A stretch of 64,000 nt of DNA from Octopus bimaculoides (GCF_001194135.2 NC_068986.1:73503036-73567035), one strand, 5' to 3'; positions 1-11,165 are shown, counted from the first letter of the stretch. Notes: generated by a model not told the origin, from the letters alone. Translations and numbers: made by a program.

Positions 1-260
1 TGCTGGTGACATGTCAAAGGCAGCTGTGCTGGTGACATGTCAAAGGCAGCTGTGCTGGTAACATGTCAAAGGCAGCCGTGCTGGTGACATGTCAAAGGCA
101 GCCATGCTGGTGACATGTCAAAGGCAGCCGTGCTGGTGACATGTCAAAGGCAGCTGTGCTGGTGACATGTCAAAGGCAGCTGTGCTGGTGACATGTCAAA
201 GGCAGTTGTGCTGGTGACATGTCAAAGGCACCCATGTTGGTGACATGCCGAAGGTATGTG
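1..260. repeat. 26-bp minisatellite (tgctggtgacatgtcaaaggcagctg)n
   Basis: Nine near-identical units in exact 26-bp register from position 1, then degenerate units; runs off the window start. Confidence 0.95.
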
Positions 261-503
261 TGCCAGTGATGCCCAAGAGGCACCTGTGCTGGTGACACAT
301 AAGAGGCACTTATGCTGATGACATACAAATGGCACTCAGTACATTCTATGGAGTGGTTGGCATAAGGAAGGGCACCTAGCCATAGAAACCAAGCCAAAAC
401 TGATTGGAGCTTGGTGCAGCTCTCCAGCTTATTAGTTCCAGTCAAGCTGCCTAATCTAAACCAACATGGAAAATGGACGCTAAATGATGATGATGATGAT
501 GAT
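261..503 (+). mobile_element. 3' UTR/terminus of RTE-clade LINE family
   Basis: Shared block 'gagtggttggcataaggaagggcacctagcc...ggacgctaaatgatgatg' with a (GAT)n tail; the same block follows an RTE ORF C-terminus at 51347-51815. Confidence 0.7.
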
Positions 504-539
504 GTGCCACTACAAACTGTGCATGGGTTTGATGTTGGA

Positions 540-750
540 GATAATAACGGTTTCAAATTTTGGTACAAGGCCAGCAATTTTGGGGTAGAGAGTTAGTCAA
601 TACCATCAATCCTAGTACTTAGTTGGTACATTTTATTGACCCTGAATGGCAAAGTTAACCTCAGTAAAATTTGAGCTCAAAATGTAGCCAGTTGGAAGAA
701 ATACCACAAGGTATTTCTTCTGATGCTCTTCTGATGCATCCCCACCACTA
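540..750 (-). mobile_element. Degenerate SINE family D copy
   Basis: Reverse complement resembles the copies at 2452-3405 and 52235-52450. Confidence 0.55.
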
Positions 751-992
751 CCACCATCATTATTACCTGTTCATTATTTCTCATATACTGTTTAAATAAG
801 CCTTCTGTTCAGAATCTCTCACATGTTATAGACCTTTGTTGAGCCCTTCAAGAGGTTCAGCATCCTGAGTTCAGTCTTTGTCACTTCTTTTCACATCTTC
901 CAGTTCAGTGTTCATGTTTTCCTCAGTTTTTCTTCTCCAGGTTACTTCAACTTGGACACTTCTTTACCACTTCTCCACTGTCCCTATCTTTG

Positions 993-993
<1 letters not shown>

Positions 994-1038
<45 letters not shown>

Positions 1039-1039
1039 T
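994..1039. repeat. (TTA)n microsatellite abutting the 3' end of the R4-like LINE
   Basis: Pure ATT repeat. Confidence 0.95.
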
Positions 1040-1040
1040 A

Positions 1041-1790
1041 AGATGCTCATGCAGTGTCCAATATTGTGATGTTGTTGATTGAAGATATTATGTCTACCAG
1101 GGGTTTGTATTGTCTGTCAAGTCACAGCTAGGACCTCAGACAGACAGTACTTTACATAATATATGTGCAGCTCCAAGTAATGCTGATTTTTGCAATACTC
1201 CTAGATTGTAGGGTATTTCTAAAATTTCCAGGTATTTTTTCAGGTTGGGTGGTATTGAACCCAGTGCTCCAATGACAACAGGGACAACCTTAATTTTCGA
1301 CTCTTGTAGCAGCCACATTTTGGTAATCTCAATTCTCAGGTCTCCATATTTATCTAATTTTTCTCTTTCTTTCATGATAATATGTTGATCTCCTGGTACT
1401 GCCATGTCACTTATTAGGCACTCTTGTTTGTCCCTCCTAAAGGTTACTATATCTGGCCTTCGGTGCTCTAACACCTTGTCTATCTGGAAGTCAAAGTCCC
1501 AGAGTTTTCTTTGCCTTTCCCTTTTGTCCATTACTTTTTCCAGTGTATGTTGGTACCAAGTGCCTGTTACCTCATATTCATACTTCCAGCATAGTAGTCA
1601 GTGAAGGTTTTGGGTTGCCTTGTCATGTCTGCCCTTGTACTCTTTCTGTGCAAGACTTTCACAAGCACTAACAATGTGAGTCACATTTCCAACACTCTTC
1701 CTGCACATTCTGCAGAGGTTTGTTGCATTTGAGTGGTATATATCCATTTTCACTGGGTATAATGGAAAGTGTCAGCTGTCCTCAGTCAGC
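1041..1790 (-). mobile_element. R4/Dong-like non-LTR retrotransposon 3' fragment (zinc knuckle plus restriction-like endonuclease)
   Basis: ORF 1136-1531 reads WDFDFQIDKVLEHRRPDIV...SDMAVPGD...EKLDKYGDL...VPVVIGALG...LQKSALLG (PD..D/K endonuclease motifs); upstream CRMCRKSVGNVTHIVSAC is a CCHC knuckle; ends at (TAA)n. Confidence 0.8.
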
Positions 1791-1805
1791 TGACTAAGGT
1801 GACAC

Positions 1806-2390
1806 ATGTTTACTGATCATACTTCAAGAATCCTGCAGAGTTCTCTTGCAGTTCCAAGCAATGATGATTTTTTTTTTTCTAGGACTTCTATCTTCATATT
1901 CGTTCCAATCTTTTTGAGCCATGCTGGTAGTTGGGTACTGATACTTCCAAGCGTACCAGTCGCTATTGGTATCATGTCCACTCTCTTCATTGTCCACAAC
2001 CTGTATATTTCCCACTTCAATTCATCATAATTCTTTGCTTTTCCTTCATCTTTCTCTTCAAGCCTGTTGTCACCAGGATGTGCAATACATCAATTACCTG
2101 GCAAATCTTTTCTTTTCTGTTCACTACAGCAATGTCAGGTTTTCGATGTTAAATCTGATGGTCACACTGAATCAATGCATCCCACATGATTTTGCAATCG
2201 TCATTCTCAGTAACTCCTTTTGAGTCATACCATGTCTTTGATCTTTCTAGGCTATAATTTCCACAAAGCTCCCAATGGATCATTCTTGCCACATTGTCAT
2301 ACAGCCTTTTGTATTCACATTTTACCAATTTTACACATTCACTAACAAGATGCCACATTGTTTCACTCCTCTCACCACGTATTGTGTATT
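1806..2390 (-). mobile_element. Second, divergent R4/Dong-like 3' fragment
   Basis: Frameshifted pieces GERSETMWHLVSEC...HWELC...MWDALIQCDHQI.HRKPD and RLWTMKRVDMIPIATGTLGSI...LLGTARELCRILEV. Confidence 0.75.
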
Positions 2391-2451
2391 TGCTGCTCTT
2401 CGTTCTTCTTTTTCTTCTTCTTCTTCTCATCGTCATCGTCATCATCATCAA

Positions 2452-2663
2452 AGCAGTGAGCTGGCAGAATTGATAGCACACTGGATGAAATACTTAGTGG
2501 TATTTTGCCCATTACTACGTTCTGAGTTCAAATTCTGCTGAGGTCAACATTGCCTTTCATCCTTTTGGGGTTGTTAAATTAAGTATCAGTGAAACACTGG
2601 TGTTGATGTAATCAACTAGTCCGACCTCTCCAAATCTCAGGCCTCGTGCCTTTAGCAGAAAGG

Positions 2664-2707
<44 letters not shown>

Positions 2708-3130
2708 AATTAAAAGAAGAGTGCCATTTGCTATCTCGTGAACAATATTTCGACATCTTGCGTGTCTTCCACTGGTTCAAAAAATAAATTTGTCAATCTA
2801 CTTCATTTTCGTTTATATAGAAAGGATTGAGGTAACTCCTCCTGAAGATATATATATCTTCAGGAGGAGTTACCTCAATCCTTTCTATATTATTATTATT
2901 AGTATTATTATTAAAGTGGTGAGCTGGCAGAATCATTAGCATGCTGGGCAAAATGCTTAGTGGCATTTTGTTCATATTTATAGTCAGAGTTCAAATTCTG
3001 CTGAGGTTGATTTTGCTTTTCATCATTTTGGGGTTGATAAATTAAGTACTAGTAAAACACTGGGGTCAACTATTCCCCTCACCTAAAATTTCAAGCCTTG
3101 TGCTTTTATTAGAAAGGATTATTATTATTA

Positions 3131-3181
<51 letters not shown>

Positions 3182-3405
3182 CAGCAAATTGGTAGAATTG
3201 TTAGTAGAATATTGTCTGTCTTTATGTTGTAAGTTCAAACTCCATCAGGTTGACTTTGCCTTTCACCCTTTTGAGGGGTCGATGAAATAAATACTAGTTA
3301 TATGCTGGAGTTGATGTAATGAAATTATGCCCTTAACTGAAATTGCTGGTCTAGAGACAAAATTTGAAACCATTATTATTATTATTACTGTTATTATTGA
3401 GAGAC
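2452..3405 (+). mobile_element. Three head-to-tail copies of tRNA-type SINE family D, each with a (TTA)n tail
   Basis: Copies at about 2452-2705, 2916-3176 and 3178-3405 share 'gtgagctggcagaat...gagttcaaattctgctgaggt...gcctttcatcc...attaagta' with a B-box-like GTTCAAATTC. Confidence 0.8.
2815..2890. repeat. Perfect 76-bp palindrome with (AT) centre
   Basis: atatagaaaggattgaggtaactcctcctgaagatata followed directly by its exact reverse complement. Confidence 0.95.
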
Positions 3406-3419
3406 ACTGGGGTAAAATA

Positions 3420-3850
3420 TACGAAGCCCAATATACCCATCATGACTACCTGCCTGATAAGAGTACATCAGACACATGCATCACAATCATATGTGCACGA
3501 CATGGTGATCTCATATCAAGATAAACAGTGCAGGTGGGGCCCAGTTAGAATTTTCTTCAGGTCGAGTAGCCCATACTGCTCAAAAGGACCCTGAATAAGG
3601 GTTGTTTGAGGATGTTGAACAAAGCACTCATGCAGTTCTATATTTAAGAGATGAGGAATTATGTACATTATTTACATTATTTACATTTGACAGATATTTG
3701 TCCTCATCTTGTTTGTTGTTTAGACAATGTTTTGGCTGATANNNNNNNNNNGTCCTCATCTTGTTTGTTGTTTAGACAATGTTTTGGCTGATATACCCTC
3801 CAGCCTTCATCAGGTGTCTTGGGGAAATTTCGAACCTGGGTTCTCATTCC
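3420..3850. repeat. Interspersed repeat fragments, including a Penelope-like terminal motif
   Basis: The minus strand reads cctgatgaaggctggagggtatatcagccaaaac, similar to the CTGATGAAG..CCGAAAC motif at Penelope-like element ends; no coding remnant seen. Confidence 0.4.
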
Positions 3851-3906
3851 TAAGGTGTTTTTTGACATCATCATCATCATCATTATTATCATCATCCTCC
3901 TCCTCC

Positions 3907-3940
<34 letters not shown>

Positions 3941-3960
3941 TACTATTATTATTATTATTA
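3845..3960. repeat. Compound (CAT)n/(CCT)n/(TAT)n microsatellite
   Basis: Directly visible. Confidence 0.9.
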
Positions 3961-3961
3961 A

Positions 3962-4057
3962 GTCCTGGAGTCGATTTCTTCAACTAAAAAAACCCTTTAA
4001 GGTGGTGCCCTAGCATGGTCACAGTCAGATTACTGAAAGAAGTAAAAGAGTAGAAGA

Positions 4058-4090
<33 letters not shown>

Positions 4091-4290
4091 CACAAACAAA
4101 GATATATAACTTGACAGCAATATTTAACTTGACAACTGGTGTTAGTTTGTTTATGTCCTTATAACTTAGAAGATCAGCAAGGGAGATCACTAGAATAAGT
4201 ACCAGACATAAAAATAAGCTATAGGGCATGAGTGATTTGTTCGATGAAACCTTTCAAGGCAGAGCCCCAGCATGGCCACAGTCCATGGTG
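3962..4290 (+). mobile_element. SINE family A 3' fragments (two)
   Basis: 'gtcgatttcttcaactaaaa...ggtggtgccctagcatggtcacagtc' and 'ttgacaactggtgtt...tagaataagtaccag'; match the full copy at 47372-47765. Confidence 0.7.
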
Positions 4291-4530
4291 TTTGGGAGGG
4301 CATCCAGCTGTAAAAATCTTGTCAAAACTGACCTGACATGTGCTGGTAGCACATAAAAAGCACTCAGTCCACTTTGGTGGACAGTTGGTGTTAGGAAACA
4401 CATCTAGCCCAGTCAAAAACCCTGCCAACACAGACACAGAAGTCTGGTGCAGGCTCCTGCCTGGCTGGTTCATATCAAACTGTCCAACCCATGCCAGCAT
4501 GGAAGGTGGACATTAAAATGATGAGTGATG
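4290..4530 (+). mobile_element. RTE LINE 3' end
   Basis: 'gggcatccagctgtaaaaa...ccaacccatgccagcatggaaggtggacattaaaatgatg'. Confidence 0.7.
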
Positions 4531-4901
4531 ATTATATATATATATATAAAAGAAGTTTGAAAACGCCAATATATAAAAAATGAATTTTAGTTTATAATTT
4601 TGTCAGAGATATTTTTAACATGTTTTGGTTCTTGAAAAAAACGAACCTTATCAAAAATACATATTTAAAAAAATGAAATTAAATGAAAAGTTCATAATTG
4701 TTCCTTACTGGTGTCAATAGTCCACGTGGGAGCATTTTTTTGTTGGTTGTAGTAGTAGTAGTGACTGTGTTGGTAATNNNNNNNNNNNNNNNNNNNNNNN
4801 NNNNNNNNNNNNNNNNNNNNNNNNNNNNNNNNNNNNNNNNNNNNNNNNNNNNNNNNNNNNNNNNNNNNNNNNNNNNNATATATATATATATATATATATA
4901 T

Positions 4902-5050
4902 AATGGGTTTCTTTCAGTTTCCATCTACGAAATTCACTCACAAGGTTTTGGTCAGCTTGAGGCTATAGTGGAAGATACTTGCCCAAGGTAGGACCGAACC
5001 TGGAACCATGTGGTTGGGAAGCAAGCTTCTTACCCAGTCACACCTGCACC
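4902..5050 (-). mobile_element. SINE family A 5' part
   Basis: Reverse complement of the tRNA-like head 'gtaagaagcttgcttcccaaccacatggttccaggttc'. Confidence 0.75.
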
Positions 5051-5256
5051 TGATGTGAATTTATTTTTAAAACAGTCTTTCTCTTGTTTCTCAGTATTTG
5101 TTTCAATACCCCATGAATGTCATATATATATATATTACATAACATAGTTGACCTTGTCTTTTTTTAGAGATTTCCTCTATGTTGTGTTCGTGTAATATAA
5201 TCTACCATTGTTCTATTCATGTCATCTATATATGTCAATTTTACTTTATTTTCCAG

Positions 5257-5302
5257 ATTGAAATGATGGTTCACCTGATCAAGGCTAATTACCAGATGAA
5301 GA
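5257..5302 (+). CDS. Candidate internal exon (IEMMVHLIKANYQMK), unidentified gene
   Basis: Acceptor 'ttttactttattttccag|' and donor '|gtaatt'; only one frame is open; ends in phase 1. No homology recognised. Confidence 0.4.
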
Positions 5303-5376
5303 GTAATTAATTACTAGAGAGAGAGAGAGAGAGAGAGACTGTGAGGATTATTTCACTTTTGTCTCTCCCGATACAG

Positions 5377-5389
5377 AGTTTCCAGCAAA
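5377..5389 (+). CDS. Candidate 13-nt microexon
   Basis: Acceptor 'tttcacttttgtctctcccgatacag|' and donor '|gtaaga'; bridges phase 1 to phase 2 between the flanking candidates. Confidence 0.35.
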
Positions 5390-5826
5390 GTAAGAATTTT
5401 TGATTGTCATTCATGTTTCTGCTATGTTTTTTTTATATACAGTTTCTTAAGTGAATGGGATAGCTGTGTTGGATTTGATACTCTATCTGTATGAGAGAAA
5501 GAGAGAGAGAGAAAAAAAAGGAGAAAGGAGAAACTATGTGTGTGAATATTTCCATGTATGTGTGAATATTTCTGTATATGAGGAAGTAATGTCTGTGTGA
5601 ATGGTGCGTGAATGTATGTGTGTGTATGTGTGAAAGCAGTTAGAGGAAATGTACTTGAGTTTAGCGAGGGGGCAGGTTTTATTTCGTCTTTGTGTATAAG
5701 GTTGCAGTAACGTACAAAAATAAGTAATGCGACCAGTTTTAGATTCACAAGGCAGTAGACTACGTCCCTTAACCACAGTAAGAACTTTGGATTTCAAAGT
5801 TAATCTTCTTTGTTTCTTTATTTCAG

Positions 5827-5881
5827 CAACCTGTTGTTAGTTCAGCACAGATTCAAACTAGAAAATGTTGCAAAGGCTTAA
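5827..5881 (+). CDS. Candidate terminal coding exon (NLLLVQHRFKLENVAKA*)
   Basis: Very strong acceptor 'tcttctttgtttctttatttcag|'; phase-2 entry gives an open frame to TAA, followed by non-repetitive AT-rich sequence and AATAAA at 6501. Confidence 0.4.
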
Positions 5882-6169
5882 CATGTTAAACACAATATCA
5901 ATCTCTTGGCCTTCTGCCATAGAACTGAGTTGTAGTCAACAAATCAAGCCTTCAGCCTCTCAGATTTCATTTTATTGAACTGAAATTATGATGTAAGAGA
6001 CAAATTATTTAGTAATACAATCACGAACTAACTGACATTTTCTCCTAGTTTAAATTGCAGTGGTCTAATTCTTCAGATATGAAATTATGTTTGACTGCAT
6101 TCTATTGAGTAATGTCTTGTATAAATACATTATAAAAGAAGATTCTGGTTATCTTTGAAAGTAGAAGAT

Positions 6170-6428
6170 AGATTTCCCAAACATGCACTACTCTTAGTCA
6201 CATCTACATTTTCTAGAATACTCTTGTCTTCTTTGACTTGTGCAAATCACATCATTGAAATCTCAAAGCTATGAGATAATGCATGAGTAATTCAAAACAA
6301 TATAAATAAGCCTTACATGTGAAAGAGTAATCCAAATGCTAAAGCTATAATAAAGTTGTGACAATTTTGAAAATAATTAAAATAAAAGTAGCGTATATTT
6401 AAACAGAAATAGGGTAATGAAAGGGTTA
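6170..6428 (-). mobile_element. Fragments of two piggyBac-type MITE families
   Basis: 6245-6345 matches the reverse complement of 54779-54880; 6345-6428 ends 'gtaatgaaagggttaa', matching the end of the 35863-36084 MITE with TTAA. Confidence 0.55.
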
Positions 6429-6859
6429 ATCTCCAGGTGTTAAAATGCTACATTTATTCCACTGGGTTATGGGCATTGTTTGTCAACTTTAGACTCTAAG
6501 AATAAAACTCCATGCCAAAAAATATGAAGTTCTGCCATCTTCTCAGTCAGCCAACCTCACTCTCTGACAGCTTGTCAATCTCTTACTAACTGCTCTTACT
6601 TAACTAAAGTTATAAAGATTTTATAGAGTTCATCTTTAGTCCCTGCTTCAACAGCTCCTGATTTTGTTCCATTTTCTCTTGTTGCCAATTGAACTGTAGT
6701 ATACCTGTATATATATATATATATATATATATATGCATCATCATCACTATCATCATCACTTAACACCCCAAAACGGGTGTTAAAATACAAGAGGGGAACA
6801 CTCACATCCAGTACTCAGTTAAATCTATATTATAACGTCATAAATGACATAAGCTTTAT

Positions 6860-7095
6860 GTATATTCCTCATGTTGGTATGGGTTAGATAGTTTGACTGG
6901 TAAGCTAGAGAGTTGTACCAGTCTCCAGTCTGTTTTGGCTTAGTTTCTATGACTGGACGCCTTTCTTAATGCCAACCACTCTACAGAGTGTACTGGGTGC
7001 CTTTTACATGTCACCGGCACTGACCATAACCTCGATTTTACTTAACTTGATGTGTCTTCCTAAGCACAGCAAATTGCCAGAAGTCTCAGTCACTT
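6860..7095 (-). mobile_element. RTE LINE 3' end
   Basis: 'ggacgcctttcttaatgccaaccactctacagagtgtactgggtgcc' family block in reverse orientation. Confidence 0.65.
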
Positions 7096-7616
7096 CTCCA
7101 TAAATATGCAGTATATGTAGTTGAGGTAGTATTAAATCAAAATAACCATCCATGTATCATACTTACTGCATATACAGTGTTGATAGGCTAGTTACTGTGC
7201 TATTTATCTTGATATAACACCTCTTATAGACATGCTGTGTTAAAAACACTATAAATATTAGAGTGAGATGAAAATTTGTCCCAATCATCTGTTGCCAGCT
7301 AGAATGCCAGAACCATTTCTGCCTACTAGATGAGATGGTAATCAGCGCAATGGATTGAATTACTAGTTTCTTCTGAAGATTAAACATTCTATGATGATTA
7401 TGCAGTCACCTATGTAGCAATTGCTGCATGACATAGTAATATACACCAGAGAAATATGAATAAAGCTCATGTCATTTATGATGTTATAAAATAAATTTAA
7501 CTGAGCACTGGATATGAGTGTTCCATCCTTGTATTTTATATTATCCATCCATCCATCCATCCATCCATCCATCCATCCAAGGAGGCACAAGCATTTCCAC
7601 AAACATGTATACACAC

Positions 7617-7760
7617 AATGGAACTTCCGCTTACCAAATTCACTCACACGACTTCACTTGGCTCAAAGCTATAGTAGAATATTAAAGTACTGCACAGTGA
7701 TACTGAACCTGAAACCATGTGGTTGGGAAGTAAGCTCCATACACACGTAGCCATGCCTGC
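7617..7760 (-). mobile_element. SINE family A 5' part
   Basis: 'aaattcactcac...gctatagtagaa...catgtggttgggaagtaagc...agccatgcc'. Confidence 0.65.
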
Positions 7761-8126
7761 ATCTATAAATATGTGTGTGTGTGTGTGTGTGTGGCAGGTT
7801 TTTCTACAGCTGGATACCCTTCCTGATGCTAACACTCACCAGAGCATCATGATTATACCAATGCTTTAACTCATTGTTGAAACATTGATGTAGCCATGAT
7901 GTTCTGGTGATCTGATGAGCTGGCTTTCTTCATCTGCACTGATTTGTAAATATACAAAGTATTGTGTAATGCATAGCATGTATATTAGTGAAGACATGTA
8001 AACAGAATTTATTATTCACTGAAATTATTATTATTAAAAGATGAAGGCTACGAAACAGCTGTAACCCTAAGAATGACAAGTGGTTAAATAAATATATTCT
8101 CTTCTCATGCTTCCTAGCTTTTTTAT

Positions 8127-8158
<32 letters not shown>

Positions 8159-8763
8159 GCAACAGATGTAAATATATATAAATACCCAGAACAATATATA
8201 AGTAAAAACAAATCATAAATATATGGTCCTACCTACTTAGAATAAAGAAGAGATATACTGATAAAATATTATCATTTCCCCAACATGAATTTTTCCTTTG
8301 ATTAGCATTCCCTGGGTTGTAATATTAAATAGAATTTTATTGTTTACAACAATTATACCATTAAAGTTGTCACTGCTAGAAAACTTAGGTGTAAATGATT
8401 TAAGTGCAAGGTTATCATTCTGAAATATTTATTGATTATCTAACGTGGACAGTTTTATATATATTTAAATGGTGATTTATCAGGGTTTCTATATATGTAA
8501 ATAATAATTAAAAAGTTTTAGTTTCTTACGACGACAATGATGTAAAATCTCATTGCTTTTGTTAAATAAATAGCCATTTACTAGTAAGATTTATATAGCT
8601 TCAAGTGTGCCTAAATGACATTCATGCCTACTAGGTTTAACTGAGATTAAAATATTCCAATATAGTTTATATTTGAAAGTCTTAGATTTCTGTAAGTGTA
8701 TATATATATATATATATATAATATAATCTGAATATATATATATTCCTTGTGTGCATATATGTT

Positions 8764-9140
8764 CCCAGCTACTGGGAAAGGCTGAAAGAGCTAAGACTCT
8801 TCTCTCTAGAATGAAAGCAGGAAAGATATGCAATGAAATACATCTGGAAAATCCTGGAAGGCCTTGAACCAAAGCTTGGCATTGAAACAGCAGAATGGGG
8901 CACCATTGCATAGTACCAAAGACCCCAGCTTTGCCATCAAAATACAGGACCAGATACTGCAACAGCTTGGGCTTCAAGGCCTTGCAGCTCTTCAAAATCC
9001 TTCCAAAATGCCCGAGTGTCTGCATGGTGTGGATGTAGGTGTCTTCAAAAGAAAACTGGATCTTCTGTCAAGTGTTCCAGAAGAGCCTACCCAATGGCAG
9101 GAAACAAATGAGAGTAACAGCATCAAACTCCCTCATTCAC
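8764..9140 (+). mobile_element. CR1/L2-type LINE reverse transcriptase C-terminal relic
   Basis: Translates as SYWERLKELRLFSLE*KQERYAMKYIWKILEGL and, after frameshifts, LHGVDVGVFKRKLDLLSSVPEEP, a typical CR1/L2 ORF2 end. Confidence 0.7.
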
Positions 9141-10312
9141 CAAATACTACATATCAGAGGTGGTTTCAAATACTGCAGGTGTATCACAGCCAGTGGTGGT
9201 GCCCCAGCATGAGCACAGCTTTAAAGCTGAAACAAGTTAAAAAGTAAAGAGTTAATGATGCAAATGAACAAATAAAACTGCTTGAGCTTAATATACAAAA
9301 TATATATACATATATACATGTAAACGGAAAGAAAGCAAAGACTGAAAAATTTTACACAATGAATACTCAAGTACAAATATATAGATATTTATGTATTAGC
9401 AGAGCAGACTTATGCAGAGTACAGAAGACACAAAAATTTAAAGGGAAGAAGGTAGGGTGTTACAAAAAAGAACAAAGAAAAAGGAAATAGAAAAAGCTTC
9501 CACTACTAAGAGGAAGTAATCAGGAGTGGAAGATGGAGGTGGGTGGCTGTATGCCAGGTGTTGAAGGGCTAGATTATTATGGAGGGATAAACACAAGCCT
9601 CTTACTATAGAGGAGATACAGGACTGGAGATAAGAGGAAGGTAGTGATGGGGTGCCAGAGCAAACTCACAGGGAACAAGAAAGTGAGCATAAGAGAAGAC
9701 ATGGATGATGGGTCATAGGGAGTGGATGGTCATAGCAGAGAGTGAGAGAGGGGAGAGAGAGAGAGAGAGAGAATGAGAGAGTGTGATAGAAATAGATTGT
9801 TAGATAGATTCAAGAAATATTATCATCAATTCCATCTTCCATGCTGACATGGGCTGGATAGTTTGATAATATCCAAGCATGTCTGAAGATTACATCATGT
9901 TCCAATATATATATATATATATATATACAAGAATAAGGGCAGAGAATCGTCAATTAATAATAGAATTAATAATTAACAATTTTGCCAAGTAGTTCAGTAT
10001 GAAAAAAACCTTTATCGGTAAAACTATTTATCATCATAAATATACAGGGATTAGCAATTGAGTTGCTTCTCCAACATACTGAAAATTTAGAAATAGCAGT
10101 CAAAGAACTACTGATTCCAAACTACAAATTTTTCTCTAAAGTGGATGGCGATATTTATGGCACACATAGAACAAAAANNNNNNNNNNNNNNNNNNNNNNN
10201 NNNNNNNNNNNNNNNNNNNNNNNNNNNNNNNNNNNNNNNNNNNNNNNNNNNNNNNNNNNNNNNNNNNNNNNNNNNNNNNNNNNNNNNNNNNNNNNNNNNN
10301 NNNNNNNNNNNN

Positions 10313-10350
<38 letters not shown>

Positions 10351-10686
10351 TATATATATAATGTGTGTGTGTGTGTGTGTATACACATATACACTCTGAA
10401 GAAAATTCAAATAGAGAATGTGCTAAACTGTCACCTCATATAAGGAAGTATAGAAAGATTTACATACTTGGGAATAAGAATTACATGTAAATGGATTTGT
10501 TTCTCACATGGCTATTAAAGCTAAATTAATAGAAAGTTTATGAGTATTTGTGGATAGTTGCAAGGACAGCTTACAACTAACCATAATATACAAGTAAATA
10601 TTGCTCAAAGATTCCACATTTCAGTGAGGTGACGAATGCTATTCCTGAATGAGAGTAGATTAGCATAATATTAGTGAACTACCGTA

Positions 10687-11165
10687 CAGGGTGCGATGGG
10701 TAAATTGTTGCTGTTTTATATTTTTAATGTTGTGCATACACATTGTCTGTTTTTGATTTTGTTGACTACACAGTATAGTAGGGTCAATTGGGCACTATCG
10801 GTGAGAAAAACAGTACCATGACACAATTCACTCTGTCAGAAATTTGGAAACGACATACTGTACTGCTTGGTATTCATGCCAGAAGCTCCAATACAAACAT
10901 TTCTGAGTGTTTGGGTGTCAATCTGAGGACAGTGCATATACCAAGAGTGATAAAAATCAAATATCCGGTCAACAACATGGTGTTTGGAGTGATCACTAGT
11001 GATGATGACATTATGCCTCCATTCATCTTCCCACATGGCCTCAGACTCAACATGGACGCCTACATCAAGTACCTGGAGTGGGTAGTGCTGTCCTAGGTTA
11101 AGAGTGTGGCTGCTGGAAGACCCTTTGTCTGGTAACAGGACTCTGCACCATGCCACACAAGTAGG
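10687..11165 (+). mobile_element. Internally deleted DD37D (maT-type) Tc1/mariner element, 3'-truncated
   Basis: Starts TA|cagggtgcgatgggtaaattgt; encodes MVFGVITSDDDIMPPFIFPHGLRLN...W*QDSAPCHTS; paralog of 42645-43511. Confidence 0.8.

Noticed and set aside
1-260. Regular short repeats that could be mistaken for a CRISPR array
   Set aside because: There are no unique spacers; the units are contiguous and lie in a LINE 3' UTR in eukaryotic DNA
3700-3793. Exact 42-bp direct repeat on both sides of a 10-N gap
   Set aside because: Typical unmerged contig overlap; an assembly artefact rather than a biological duplication
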